From assembly GCF_964204645.1 (NCBI RefSeq), contig NC_134032.1, positions 6,374,275 through 6,438,274 of the forward strand: 64,000 bases of DNA, given 5' to 3'. A program made the translations under genes and the position numbers. Shown one piece after another: positions 63,576 to 64,000 of this stretch. The notes beneath the pieces are model-generated. The model was not told the origin of the DNA. It saw nothing but the letters and a program-made list of their open reading frames with translations, and searched no databases. This DNA comes from Tubulanus polymorphus (lineage: Eukaryota; Animalia; Nemertea). Numbering within the stretch: position 1 is the first letter of the stretch; each line of letters begins with the position of its first letter.

Positions 63576-64000
63576 GGACTGTATGAACACTGTCGGCGAT
63601 CTGGAAAATGACGAAAAAAGTTACGAAAATACGTTTTTAAAACATTCATTTCATGGAACAATACAATATATGATAATGTAGTTATGAAATGAGGGAAAAT
63701 GTTATAAATTGAGATATAACGAAAACAAGTGCGAATTATGATGAAATTATTCCGCTACAAGAACAACAATGATAAGCAACAATTGATAAGTAAACAATTA
63801 TAGGAACGATTCAAATGATAGGATTCAATATCGATAACGACAGATGATATAATGATAAGTTTCACGGATGAAAAAGAAGATGACATGGAAGAAACTATTG
63901 GAATGTAAATGATAATGAAATAAATGATAATGACAGATGACAATATGCGTAGGATGTAGTTAGTTCTGTTATATACTACACTCACACAGTGTACAAAGTA

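Overview
Animal (invertebrate-type) nuclear DNA: spliceosomal introns and many MITEs. The main feature is a 15.8-kb, very AT-rich Polinton/Maverick (adintovirus-like) endogenous virus at 16424-32239. Both ends are present (5'-AG...CT-3', ~320-bp TIRs, 6-bp TSD ACTATA). It carries an intact rve integrase with chromodomain and an intact major capsid gene. It also has decayed genes for a packaging ATPase, a penton-like minor capsid, zinc-finger and membrane proteins, and a protein-primed PolB. Unusual properties: (1) an uninterrupted 355-aa LAGLIDADG intein inside the PolB catalytic motif (YFD|TDS), resembling giant-virus PolB inteins; (2) each TIR is itself a 250-270-bp hairpin; (3) six consecutive genes share a TAAT6-7N6-7TAAATG start motif like a poxvirus late promoter, and three others share a second motif; (4) a 36-bp GC-rich palindromic segment sits in frame in two unrelated genes; (5) twin hairpins lie between the convergent gene blocks; (6) the element landed inside another palindrome. 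Together these suggest (inference) a virophage-like element that depends on a cytoplasmic large DNA virus. Host sequence includes a minus-strand Rab32/38 gene with a U12-type intron, an 850-aa low-complexity repeat ORF, a LINE remnant and many MITEs. No searches were run; family calls come from motif recognition.
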